This document shows, piece by piece, positions 1-7,109 of a DNA stretch of 10,327 bases (its first letter is position 1; each line of letters opens with the position of its first letter). The translations under genes were made by a program, and so were the position numbers. This DNA comes from Gammaproteobacteria bacterium (GTDB lineage Bacteria; Pseudomonadota; Gammaproteobacteria; GCA-001735895). The notes under the pieces were generated by a model that worked only from the letters and a program-made list of their open reading frames with translations, was not told the DNA's origin and did no database searches. The stretch spans positions 1 through 10,327 of the forward strand of contig JBNKUM010000081.1 of assembly GCA_050298595.1 (NCBI GenBank). Direction: 5' to 3'.

Positions 1-415
1 CCGTGTAGTCATTGCTATAATTGTAATTTGAATAGCTTGATGACATCACAGTGATCACATCATCGCCTGCTCCACCATCAACCGTATTTGAAGATTGATA
101 GTGCAAGTTGATAGCATCCGATCCCGCGCCTCCATCAACTACATTTGTGCCAGAGCCATTGACCGTAATCCTGTCATCACCAGCACCACCATCTATCTGG
201 TCATTTCCACCATTATCTGTGATCTTGTCATCACCGGCGCCTCCATCTATCTGGTCATTTCCACTACTATCTGTGATAGTGTCATTTCCATCACTTCCAT
301 ACACAGCATCGTCGCCATTGCGTCCGTACAAATAGTCGTTACCGTCGAAACCGACAATGAAATCCCCTGCCTCGCCGCCATATATCGTATCAGCACCCGA
401 CGATCCGATGTTGGA
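1..415 (-). repeat. RTX Ca2+-binding nonapeptide repeats (GGxGxDxUx), continuing beyond the window; includes a 54-bp DNA tandem duplication at ~172-279
   Basis: [72 protein letters not shown]. The DNA unit beginning tgtcatcacc recurs at 172 and 226. Confidence 0.93.
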
Positions 416-3229
416 ATTGGAAGTAGTGACAAACCGGCTCATGGCGTCTGAAAGATCTGTAAGGGTGGCTGGATCAATTTCCACCAATGCGGTCAGCATC
501 AGCCACTGCCTGAAGATTTCTTCTTCGTTACCCTGGCTCACCGCTATGTCCACCAGCGCGTAATCGAATATCTGGGCATCAATGTCGGTATTGGTGGTCA
601 GAAGATCCGTTGCTGGATCGTAGGTCAGGCCTGGCGCGATATCCGACAACAAGCCGTTGGCCACCGCAAATTTCACCAGCAAGTTACGTGACAGCTCATT
701 GTAAGCCTGCCGGTAATAGCCGCCTGTAGTAACAATTTGACCATTCTCGCGCCACTGCCCATCACCCAAACGCAATACATCCATACCCGCGTATTGCTTA
801 ATCACGGCCAATTGTTCCAGTGTAAAGGATTCACCCGCCAGACGAAAATCTACCTGGCCCGTTTGTGTATTGACGTTGAGCCGGTGGCCGGGGTCGATTT
901 CGTCGATGGTGACACCTTCAACGCCTGCCCATTTGACCAGCAGCTCCTCAAAGCCCGCCACTAGAGATTTCGCAGTCGGCGCGGTGAATAAATCGAGCGC
1001 ATAATCCTTCAGACTACTGTCGAGGCTCATAGCCTGATGCAGATCGGGCATCTGGCCATAGCCCTTGATGTCGGCAAGCACCAATACATCTGGGTCTAGC
1101 GTCACTTCGCCCACATAGCGAGTGAAGGTCCGGTTGGACGCGAACGATACATCGGCGGCGATGCCAGATGTCTCAGCTGCCACACCCTGAGTGCCATCGG
1201 CCCAGGTAAAGTCACCCTGGCGCGCGATCTGTGCGTCGGTACCCGTTTGTGCTGCAACGTCAACGTAATTCAGGCTGATGCTGGCAATGCCTTCATCCAC
1301 CAACGAGCGCAACTCATCGCCCTGACTTATGCCATCGCCATTAACATCCTGCCAAACCTTCAGATCAGCGTATAGCTCATCGTTAGTGTCGATCACGCCG
1401 TCGGCGTTGCTATCCAGATCGGACAATTCTTCATAACCTGTGCGCTCCGGGCTACCGAACAGTTCGCCGATGTTGTTGATGGTGCCATCTGCGTTGCGAT
1501 CCAGAGCCAGGAATCCATCGTCGCCACTCAACCAGGAAGTACGCGTGGCAAAACCATCGCTATTCAGATCGAAATAGGCGTTGCTACCCTCTAGATTGGT
1601 CAGTTCTACACCGTCGCCATCAAGGTCGAGCACCAGTGGGTCACGCGGAATAACACTATCCGCGCCGTCACTTCCAGCGCCCGCGCCACTGCCAGCTCCA
1701 CCGCCGCCACCGCCCGAACCGCCACCACCACCACCGCCATCTCCATCTCCATCTCCATCTCCATCTCCATCGCCATCTCCATCTCCATCGCCATCTCCGT
1801 CTCCGTCTCCGTCTCCGTCTCCATCTCCATCTCCATCTCCATCTCCATCTCCATCTCCATCTCCATCTCCATCTCCATCTCCATCTCCATCTCCATCTCC
1901 ATCTCCATCTCCGTCTCCGTCTCCGTCTCCGTCTCCATCGCCATCGCCATCTCCGTCTCCGTCTCCGTCTCCGTCTCCATCTCCGTCTCCATCTCCGTCT
2001 CCATCTCCGTCTCCGTCTCCATCTCCGTCTCCGTCTCCATCTCCATCTCCATCTCCATCTCCATCTCCATCTCCATCTCCATCTCCATCTCCATCTCCAT
2101 CTCCATCTCCGTCTCCATCTCCATCTCCGTCTCCATCTCCATCTCCATCGCCGCCTCCGCCTGGAATATCGGTGCGCGTAACATCTCCAGTTTCATTGTC
2201 ATAGTCGTATCTGGTCGTATTTCCATCCTTGTCTGTAATCGTAATGTCGTCTATAAAACCATCACCGTCAGTGTCGTTATAAACAACGTTTTTTTCATTG
2301 GTATCAACAACCAATTTGTCTCCACCATTAGAGGTAATTATAAGCTCGCCCGTTTCTTTGTTGTACGAGATACCATCGGCTGACACTTGGTTATCGTACA
2401 CCCCGTCTTCATTTATATCTTTGCCACCTGGAAATGTTTCTGTAGTAGGGTCTGTTCCTGTATCTGTTCCTGAATCTCCTCCATCAGGGGGGGCATCGAC
2501 AGGAATATTTATTGCATCTCCAACGCCTATTTTGTCTGGATCGGTAATTTGAGGATTAGCGTCTAACAGTTCTTGTAAAGTAATACCATTTTGTTCAGCA
2601 ATTTTTGAAAGCGTATCTCCCGGTTCAACTATATATTGATCTGTTGCACCCGTTGGACCTGTTGGACCTGTTGGATCTGTTGGATCTGTTGGATCTGTTG
2701 GGTCTGTTGGATCTGTTGTACTGGTATCGCTAGGATCGAAGTCCCCAACATCATAACCTCCCAATAAGTCCAAGTATTCTGCTGGCTTTGTCCCAAAAGC
2801 ATCTTCTGGAGTTGTTCCATCTGTTGAATTAAGCCAGTTTGTAACGGCAGTAGCACCCACTAAATGAGCCGCAGCAATTAAGCCAGCTTCTGTAATATCG
2901 ACTCCATCTTTAGTCTGACCAATAAAATTGGTCGCACCACTATTTTCTAAATACCCTAGTACACGCTCGTGGTAAGCACTTACAGCATTATTTTGAGCAG
3001 CGGCAGAATTCAGAAAGTCTGAATAGGAGCTAATTCCATCAACACCAGTCCAGCTGTATGACTGATAATTGTTATTCATTGATCCGTCATGTGTTATATA
3101 TCCCGCATCTACTAATGCGGCCTCACCCATTTGATATAATCCCAAATAACCTAGATCATTGATTGCATTTTGATTTCCAGAAGACTCTCTTTGTGCCAAT
3201 GCATCTAAATAATCACCATAATTACTCAT
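1..3229 (-). CDS. Large RTX-family T1SS substrate, 3'-truncated by the window edge (>=1076 aa): lysozyme/SLT-like domain + LysM + (GD)69 linker + FrpC-like self-processing module + RTX repeats
   Basis: ATG at 3229-3227 follows a GAGGGA RBS-like sequence, 11 bp after the stop of 3241..3741. Manual translation gives an open frame to position 1, and the frame is consistent on both sides of the repeat. Landmarks: [39 protein letters not shown]..., [17 protein letters not shown]..., (GD)n, [14 protein letters not shown]..., GGAGDD repeats. No Sec signal peptide; very acidic and Gly-rich; hlyB/hlyD in the same gene string. Confidence 0.95.
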   Translation of the reverse strand, partial: MSNYGDYLDALAQRESSGNQNAINDLGYLGLYQMGEAALVDAGYITHDGSMNNNYQSYSWTGVDGISSYSDFLNSAAAQNNAVSAYHERVLGYLENSGATNFIGQTKDGVDITEAGLIAAAHLVGATAVTNWLNSTDGTTPEDAFGTKPAEYLDLLGGYDVGDFDPSDTSTTDPTDPTDPTDPTDPTGPTGPTGATDQYIVEPGDTLSKIAEQNGITLQELLDANPQITDPDKIGVGDAINIPVDAPPDGGDSGTDTGTDPTTETFPGGKDINEDGVYDNQVSADGISYNKETGELIITSNGGDKLVVDTNEKNVVYNDTDGDGFIDDITITDKDGNTTRYDYDNETGDVTRTDIPGGGGDGDGDGDGDGDGDGDGDGDGDGDGDGDGDGDGDGDGDGDGDGDGDGDGDGDGDGDGDGDGDGDGDGDGDGDGDGDGDGDGDGDGDGDGDGDGDGDGDGDGDGDGDGDGDGDGDGDGDGDGDGDGDGDGDGDGDGDGDGGGGGGGSGGGGGGAGSGAGAGSDGADSVIPRDPLVLDLDGDGVELTNLEGSNAYFDLNSDGFATRTSWLSGDDGFLALDRNADGTINNIGELFGSPERTGYEELSDLDSNADGVIDTNDELYADLKVWQDVNGDGISQGDELRSLVDEGIASISLNYVDVAAQTGTDAQIARQGDFTWADGTQGVAAETSGIAADVSFASNRTFTRYVGEVTLDPDVLVLADIKGYGQMPDLHQAMSLDSSLKDYALDLFTAPTAKSLVAGFEELLVKWAGVEGVTIDEIDPGHRLNVNTQTGQVDFRLAGESFTLEQLAVIKQYAGMDVLRLGDGQWRENGQIVTTGGYYRQAYNELSRNLLVKFAVANGLLSDIAPGLTYDPATDLLTTNTDIDAQIFDYALVDIAVSQGNEEEIFRQWLMLTALVEIDPATLTDLSDAMSRFVTTSNSNIGSSGADTIYGGEAGDFIVGFDGNDYLYGRNGDDAVYGSDGNDTITDSSGNDQIDGGAGDDKITDNGGNDQIDGGAGDDRITVNGSGTNVVDGGAGSDAINLHYQSSNTVDGGAGDDVITVMSSSYSNYNYSNDYT
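1115..1642 (-). other. FrpC/ApxIVA-type Ca2+-dependent self-processing module (SPM); predicted cleavage at D530|P531 (codons 1642-1640 | 1639-1637)
   Basis: [14 protein letters not shown]...[41 protein letters not shown]...[46 protein letters not shown] aligns motif by motif with the Neisseria FrpC SPM as I recall it (DPLALDLDGDG...DDGLLVRDLNGNG.IDNGAELFG...[21 protein letters not shown]). End coordinate is approximate. Confidence 0.9.
1739..2152 (-). repeat. 414-bp hexanucleotide microsatellite (69 units) encoding (Gly-Asp)69, aa 360-497, followed by a Gly/Ser/Ala-rich stretch
   Basis: Coding-strand units are GGAGAT (majority), GGAGAC and GGCGAT, all synonymous for Gly-Asp in the RTX frame. 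Confidence 0.95.
2501..2635 (-). other. LysM peptidoglycan-binding domain (aa ~199-243)
   Basis: [45 protein letters not shown] fits the LysM consensus YxVxxGDTLxxIA...L...N......IxxGxxLxIP. Confidence 0.93.
2642..2713 (-). repeat. 9-bp tandem repeat, 8 units, encoding a (DPT)5(GPT)2GAT linker between the catalytic and LysM domains
   Basis: Plus-strand units tgttggatc / tgttgggtc / tgttggacc read directly from the sequence. Confidence 0.92.
2750..3229 (-). other. N-terminal lysozyme-like/lytic transglycosylase-like domain of the RTX protein (aa ~1-160), putative catalytic Glu15
   Basis: Helix-RES-S motif (E15 codon at 3187-3185), then GYLGLYQMG (compare GLMQ motif II of SLT family 1) and LIAAAHLVG (compare AAYNAG motif III). 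Confidence 0.8.
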
Positions 3230-3240
3230 TGTAAATTCCC

Positions 3241-3741
3241 TCAATTACACATTTTTGTTAAATTTTTGTCGCTGATACTGATCAAATACGAACACCCCAT
3301 AGAACCACATGACCACTCGTTTAATAGATACATTTTTTTTTCAACTTTAGGCTTTACCTCAAAGCTTAAAACTTCAAAACCGGATGTTGCACCACCACCT
3401 GTGCATAGCGGTTTATCTTTAAAATAACTGTTAGGTTTTTTAATATAGTATTGACCGATTGGTATAAATATTTTTAGCTTTTTAAAAGCCCCGCCTTCAT
3501 AAAGCGATAATTTATAAACTCTGGACTCTACAATCTTATCAGTGGAAATTTCTCTTAAAGAAAAATCTGCTTTCACCTCACGCCTATTAAGTAGTTTAAA
3601 ATCTTCAAAATTAATATCGCCTATGTCTTTTTTACCATAGAATTCCTTTTTAATAATTTCATCAAGATTTTCAACTTCCTCGCAAAAGGCGTTTCCTCCT
3701 ATTCCTAATATAAATACAATTATCAATATAAATTTAAACAT
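3241..3741 (-). CDS. 166-aa exported (Sec signal peptide) hypothetical protein; candidate periplasmic immunity protein or partner of the downstream RTX hydrolase
   Basis: MFK + hydrophobic FILIIVFILGIG + GNAFC|EE, which looks like an SPase I site (NAFC is not a canonical lipobox). Lys-rich, with a C-terminal CGSMGC motif. Ends 11 bp before the RTX start. Very AT-rich. The function is inference. Confidence 0.8.
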   Translation of the reverse strand: MFKFILIIVFILGIGGNAFCEEVENLDEIIKKEFYGKKDIGDINFEDFKLLNRREVKADFSLREISTDKIVESRVYKLSLYEGGAFKKLKIFIPIGQYYIKKPNSYFKDKPLCTGGGATSGFEVLSFEVKPKVEKKMYLLNEWSCGSMGCSYLISISDKNLTKMCN

Positions 3742-3797
3742 ATATAATCACCCGCGAACTCATCCTATTTCTAATAAACACCAAGCATTAAACCTTC

Positions 3798-6700
3798 TCA
3801 AAATTCAAAACACCTCAACTTATATCCTAAAAGATCACGAAGCATTTCACTGTCATATATTGAGCAAGGCTTAGGTTGAAAACCACATTCATGATTAGCG
3901 CAAAAGAAAGGATACAACTGATAGTCAACTATTATCTGACTACCGATATTTTTAAACAGCATTCGAAAAAGTAAGCTATATGGAGGTACATTTCGTTTTC
4001 TGTACTCTCCGTTACTATTAAAAATAAAATTCCCCAGACTATAAATAACAAGCTTTCCGGAAAGCACTTCAATCTGCTGAGTCATATGCGCTCCATGACC
4101 CACAATCAAATCAGCTCCAGCATCCACATAATTTTTAGCCCACTTTTTCTGATTATCTGTAGCCCATTTGTAATTTACTCCCCAATGAGGCGAAACCAAT
4201 AAAAATGATTCTGGATATTCACTTTTAATACTTTTAATTCTTTCAATAACACTAGCTGAGGTAATATTACAGACACCCGCTTTATTTTCTGATGAATAAA
4301 TCCCGAATTGATTATCCTCATGCTTGTTATATGCATACCCAGATATAATAAATATCTTTTTTGAAAGATCCGCAATTTCAAGATCAATTTCTAGTGGATC
4401 TAAAGATTCTTCGCTATTATGACCAGCACCTATATATGGAATGCCAGCATTTTTCCATAAGTCAAAACTCTCTACGAGAGCCTTGTTTCCAAAGTCGCTA
4501 CTATGATTATTGCCTAACATAACACCGTCAATATTATAATTTTTTAGCACATCAATACTCGACTCTGGGTCTGCATCCAAAATCCAATTCTTAATTCCAA
4601 TTAACGGTGATTTTTTATGATGAGTTAATGCAGCTTCAAAATTAGCTAGATTCAGATCATTTTCAGTTAAAAACTTGGAAAGGAATCTAAAAGAATGCTG
4701 ATAACCATACTTATCCAGGTAATTTTTTTGACGACGTTTTTCTCTATCACGATCATAATATTCACCAAAATACGTATCACCAAGAACAGAAATACTGGCT
4801 ACATTCTTTTTTGATTTTATACATAGAGTTTTCTTTGAAGAGCACTTCTTTATAAAAGTCGTAGTATATTTAACTACCCGATGAATTGAATTATCAAGCA
4901 AATCCAGAGCAAAGCTGTTTCGATTTTTTTTATCGCTGCATCCAACAACTACTACAGCTACTTGTCTACCATTCTTATTTGATGTTATTGCAATGTTAAA
5001 ACCTGACTTTGGGGTTCTCCCAGTTTTAAAACCGTCAATACCTTTAACACCTAGTAGATCATTAGTATTTTTATACTTTTCTCCTCGAAATGTAAAACTT
5101 GTTCTAGAAAATTCTTTACATAACTCAGGGAATTTTATTTTAGCATGCTTGATTATCGAAAGGATATCGAACAAGCAGGTAATATGACCTTCATTAAAAA
5201 GACCGGTTGAATTTCTAAATTTAGATTTCCTCAAACCAAGTCCATTAGCATACCTTGTAAGATCTAGCGCAAATCCTCTTTCTGTACCTGAGTGCCATTC
5301 CGACAAAGCCACCATAGCTTCGTTTGATGATGATACCGCAACAGCCGATATCAGATCTCTTACTTTTACTAACTCTCCGCTTTCCAAGACCCACTTCGAT
5401 GGAATACTTGCTGCTTTATCGGATATACGAACACTTTGATTAAGTTGATTTGGATCTTGAATTATTTTCTCGTAAATAAAACATAAACCAAAGATTTTTG
5501 TAAGCGCAGCAGGGTATACAATTCGTTCGCATGAAATGGTAGAATAAACCTCTCCAGTAACCAAATCCATAATTGCTCCTGCGGTGGGATTCAAACATTG
5601 ATTACTACTCCTATTTTTTGGAGCTACGCATTTCTCGGACTCACTACTTCTTTCTCCAATTGATGAAGTCTTTATCAAACTTTTACAAATCTCACTTACC
5701 CCCGTTGAGTGAGATCCTTTAATCAGCACTACATCACCATCCTTAACAATAGTCTTCAAATACTCTTGCGCAGCCCTAACACTACATTTAAATCTCTTGT
5801 TAATATTTCTTTCAATATTTTTATATGTTTCTTCTATTTCTTTTCCTACAAAAATAAGTATATCAATACATGATGCATTTATTTGCTCGGATAATTTTAT
5901 GTGGGATTTCTTTGACTCCTTTCCTAATTCCAACATATCCGACATTACACAAATAGTGCGCTTAATTCTGCCATTGCTTGCATGTTTAATACTATCTATA
6001 TAGGTAATTGCCGCTTCCATCGAAGCTGGGTTTGCATTAAAACTGTCGTCAATTAGAATATAAGACCCTCTATCAACATTTAACACGTGGTGCTCCATTC
6101 TGCCTTTAACCGGTTCAAGTTTTGACAAAGCAGGTAGAGCTCGATCAACGTTAACACATAAGTATGGTAATGCAGAAATTGCCGCGACAGCGTTTAATGC
6201 GTTATGTTCACCCGACAAATTAATAAGAGTTGAAAAATTTTCTTTCCCAATTACAAACGCTAATGCCTGAGCAGTATCTATTATCTCTGTAGTTATTAAC
6301 CTACAATAGTCTTCTTCACACTTACCAAAAGTCACATTATTGTGATAGCCAAAAACATGTAATTTTTCCTCAATCAAAGCTGTCGTTTCAGTTTCTGAAG
6401 GATATACAACAAGGCCTGTATGATCTAAACCAGATAGAATTTTAAGTTTTTCGCAAACAATATTATTAAGAGTTAAGTGCCGCTGCAGATGCGCTTTTGA
6501 CATCTTCGTTAAAACAACCACATCTGGTTTAGCAAGATTACTGCTTTTCTGAATACTTCCTGGAGCACCAATAGCCATTTCATATACAGCGAAATCAGCG
6601 TCTGATGGAGTATTAATTATCGAAAGCTGAACACCAGCATATAAATTGTAATTTGCCTGTGTTCTATAAGTTTTGTACTGATGAGCAAGTAACTTTGATA

Positions 6701-7109
6701 ATATTTCCCGCGTGCTTGATTTGCCCACGCTGCCAGTTATTGCTACAACCTTCGCCTTCAGACGATTTCGATGAAATCGCGCCATTGATTCTAATGAATG
6801 CTTTACATTTCGTACAACCAAAGTTGGACGAGGAGGATGAAAGTCAACTGTACCGTCTACGATAAAACCTGATGCGCCATTTAAAACATACCTTTCTAAG
6901 CAACTTTTTAAGTTTCTTGTGTTAGCAGAAGATATAAAAACCATATCGCCAAATTGGAAAAACTTTTCTTCAATACAGAACGTGTCAATAACCCAATTGG
7001 ATTCAGGCTTGACCAACCATTCACCACTCGCTGCTAACATCAATGACTCAGCATTCCAAACCTCTGATGCACAATAGAAAACTTCATCACCTTGGATAGA
7101 ATTATTCAC
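3798..7109 (-). CDS. Three-domain fusion (~1103 aa): MurF-like Mur ligase + peptidase S11/PBP-like domain lacking the catalytic Ser + CapA/PGA_cap metallophosphoesterase-fold domain
   Basis: MurF motifs: AITGSVGKSSTRE (P-loop), YEM, GEHNALNA, PVKGR, LIDDSFNANPASM, DMLELG, LIKGS. S11 motifs: PAALTK, SSN, FRNSTGL, DGFKTG. CapA motifs: LGDTYFG, NFE, GNNHSSDFG, PHWG, GHGAH, YSLGNFIF. I prefer the GTG start at 7109 (GAGGAG 7 nt upstream, overlapping the upstream stop) over the ORF-track start at 7127. Confidence 0.9.
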   Translation of the reverse strand: MNNSIQGDEVFYCASEVWNAESLMLAASGEWLVKPESNWVIDTFCIEEKFFQFGDMVFISSANTRNLKSCLERYVLNGASGFIVDGTVDFHPPRPTLVVRNVKHSLESMARFHRNRLKAKVVAITGSVGKSSTREILSKLLAHQYKTYRTQANYNLYAGVQLSIINTPSDADFAVYEMAIGAPGSIQKSSNLAKPDVVVLTKMSKAHLQRHLTLNNIVCEKLKILSGLDHTGLVVYPSETETTALIEEKLHVFGYHNNVTFGKCEEDYCRLITTEIIDTAQALAFVIGKENFSTLINLSGEHNALNAVAAISALPYLCVNVDRALPALSKLEPVKGRMEHHVLNVDRGSYILIDDSFNANPASMEAAITYIDSIKHASNGRIKRTICVMSDMLELGKESKKSHIKLSEQINASCIDILIFVGKEIEETYKNIERNINKRFKCSVRAAQEYLKTIVKDGDVVLIKGSHSTGVSEICKSLIKTSSIGERSSESEKCVAPKNRSSNQCLNPTAGAIMDLVTGEVYSTISCERIVYPAALTKIFGLCFIYEKIIQDPNQLNQSVRISDKAASIPSKWVLESGELVKVRDLISAVAVSSSNEAMVALSEWHSGTERGFALDLTRYANGLGLRKSKFRNSTGLFNEGHITCLFDILSIIKHAKIKFPELCKEFSRTSFTFRGEKYKNTNDLLGVKGIDGFKTGRTPKSGFNIAITSNKNGRQVAVVVVGCSDKKNRNSFALDLLDNSIHRVVKYTTTFIKKCSSKKTLCIKSKKNVASISVLGDTYFGEYYDRDREKRRQKNYLDKYGYQHSFRFLSKFLTENDLNLANFEAALTHHKKSPLIGIKNWILDADPESSIDVLKNYNIDGVMLGNNHSSDFGNKALVESFDLWKNAGIPYIGAGHNSEESLDPLEIDLEIADLSKKIFIISGYAYNKHEDNQFGIYSSENKAGVCNITSASVIERIKSIKSEYPESFLLVSPHWGVNYKWATDNQKKWAKNYVDAGADLIVGHGAHMTQQIEVLSGKLVIYSLGNFIFNSNGEYRKRNVPPYSLLFRMLFKNIGSQIIVDYQLYPFFCANHECGFQPKPCSIYDSEMLRDLLGYKLRCFEF

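Noticed and set aside
172-290. 54-bp direct repeats considered as a CRISPR array
   Set aside because: Contiguous tandem units without unique spacers, encoding paired RTX nonapeptides; no cas genes in the window.
95-964. Short ORFs 95..451, 108..335, 247..432, 357..563, 737..964
   Set aside because: All lie within the RTX gene as antisense or off-frame shadows, with no independent motifs.
1581-2204. Plus-strand 207-aa (Ser-Pro)n extensin-like ORF
   Set aside because: Antisense shadow of the (Gly-Asp)69 repeat; the minus frame carries recognisable LysM, SPM and RTX domains on both sides.
1606-2226. Minus-strand 206-aa (Glu-Met)n ORF
   Set aside because: Alternative frame of the same repeat; repeat variants are non-synonymous here (EM/ET/AM) but synonymous in the GD frame.
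2669-2713. Multiple Asp-Pro bonds in the DPT linker as additional self-cleavage sites
   Set aside because: They lack the PLxLDLDGDG context and downstream SPM fold needed for autocatalysis.
2629-2856. 75-aa ORF with QQI repeats
   Set aside because: Off-frame reading of the 9-bp DPT repeat inside the RTX gene.
3682-3741. Lipoprotein call for the 166-aa protein (Cys20)
   Set aside because: NAFC does not fit the [LVI][ASTVI][GAS]C lipobox; SPase I cleavage is more plausible, though not computed.
3798-4800. Complete poly-gamma-glutamate capsule (capBCA) locus
   Set aside because: Only a CapA-like domain is present; the ligase has MurF-type motifs (DDSFNANP, DMLELG) and no CapC-like membrane protein is in the window.
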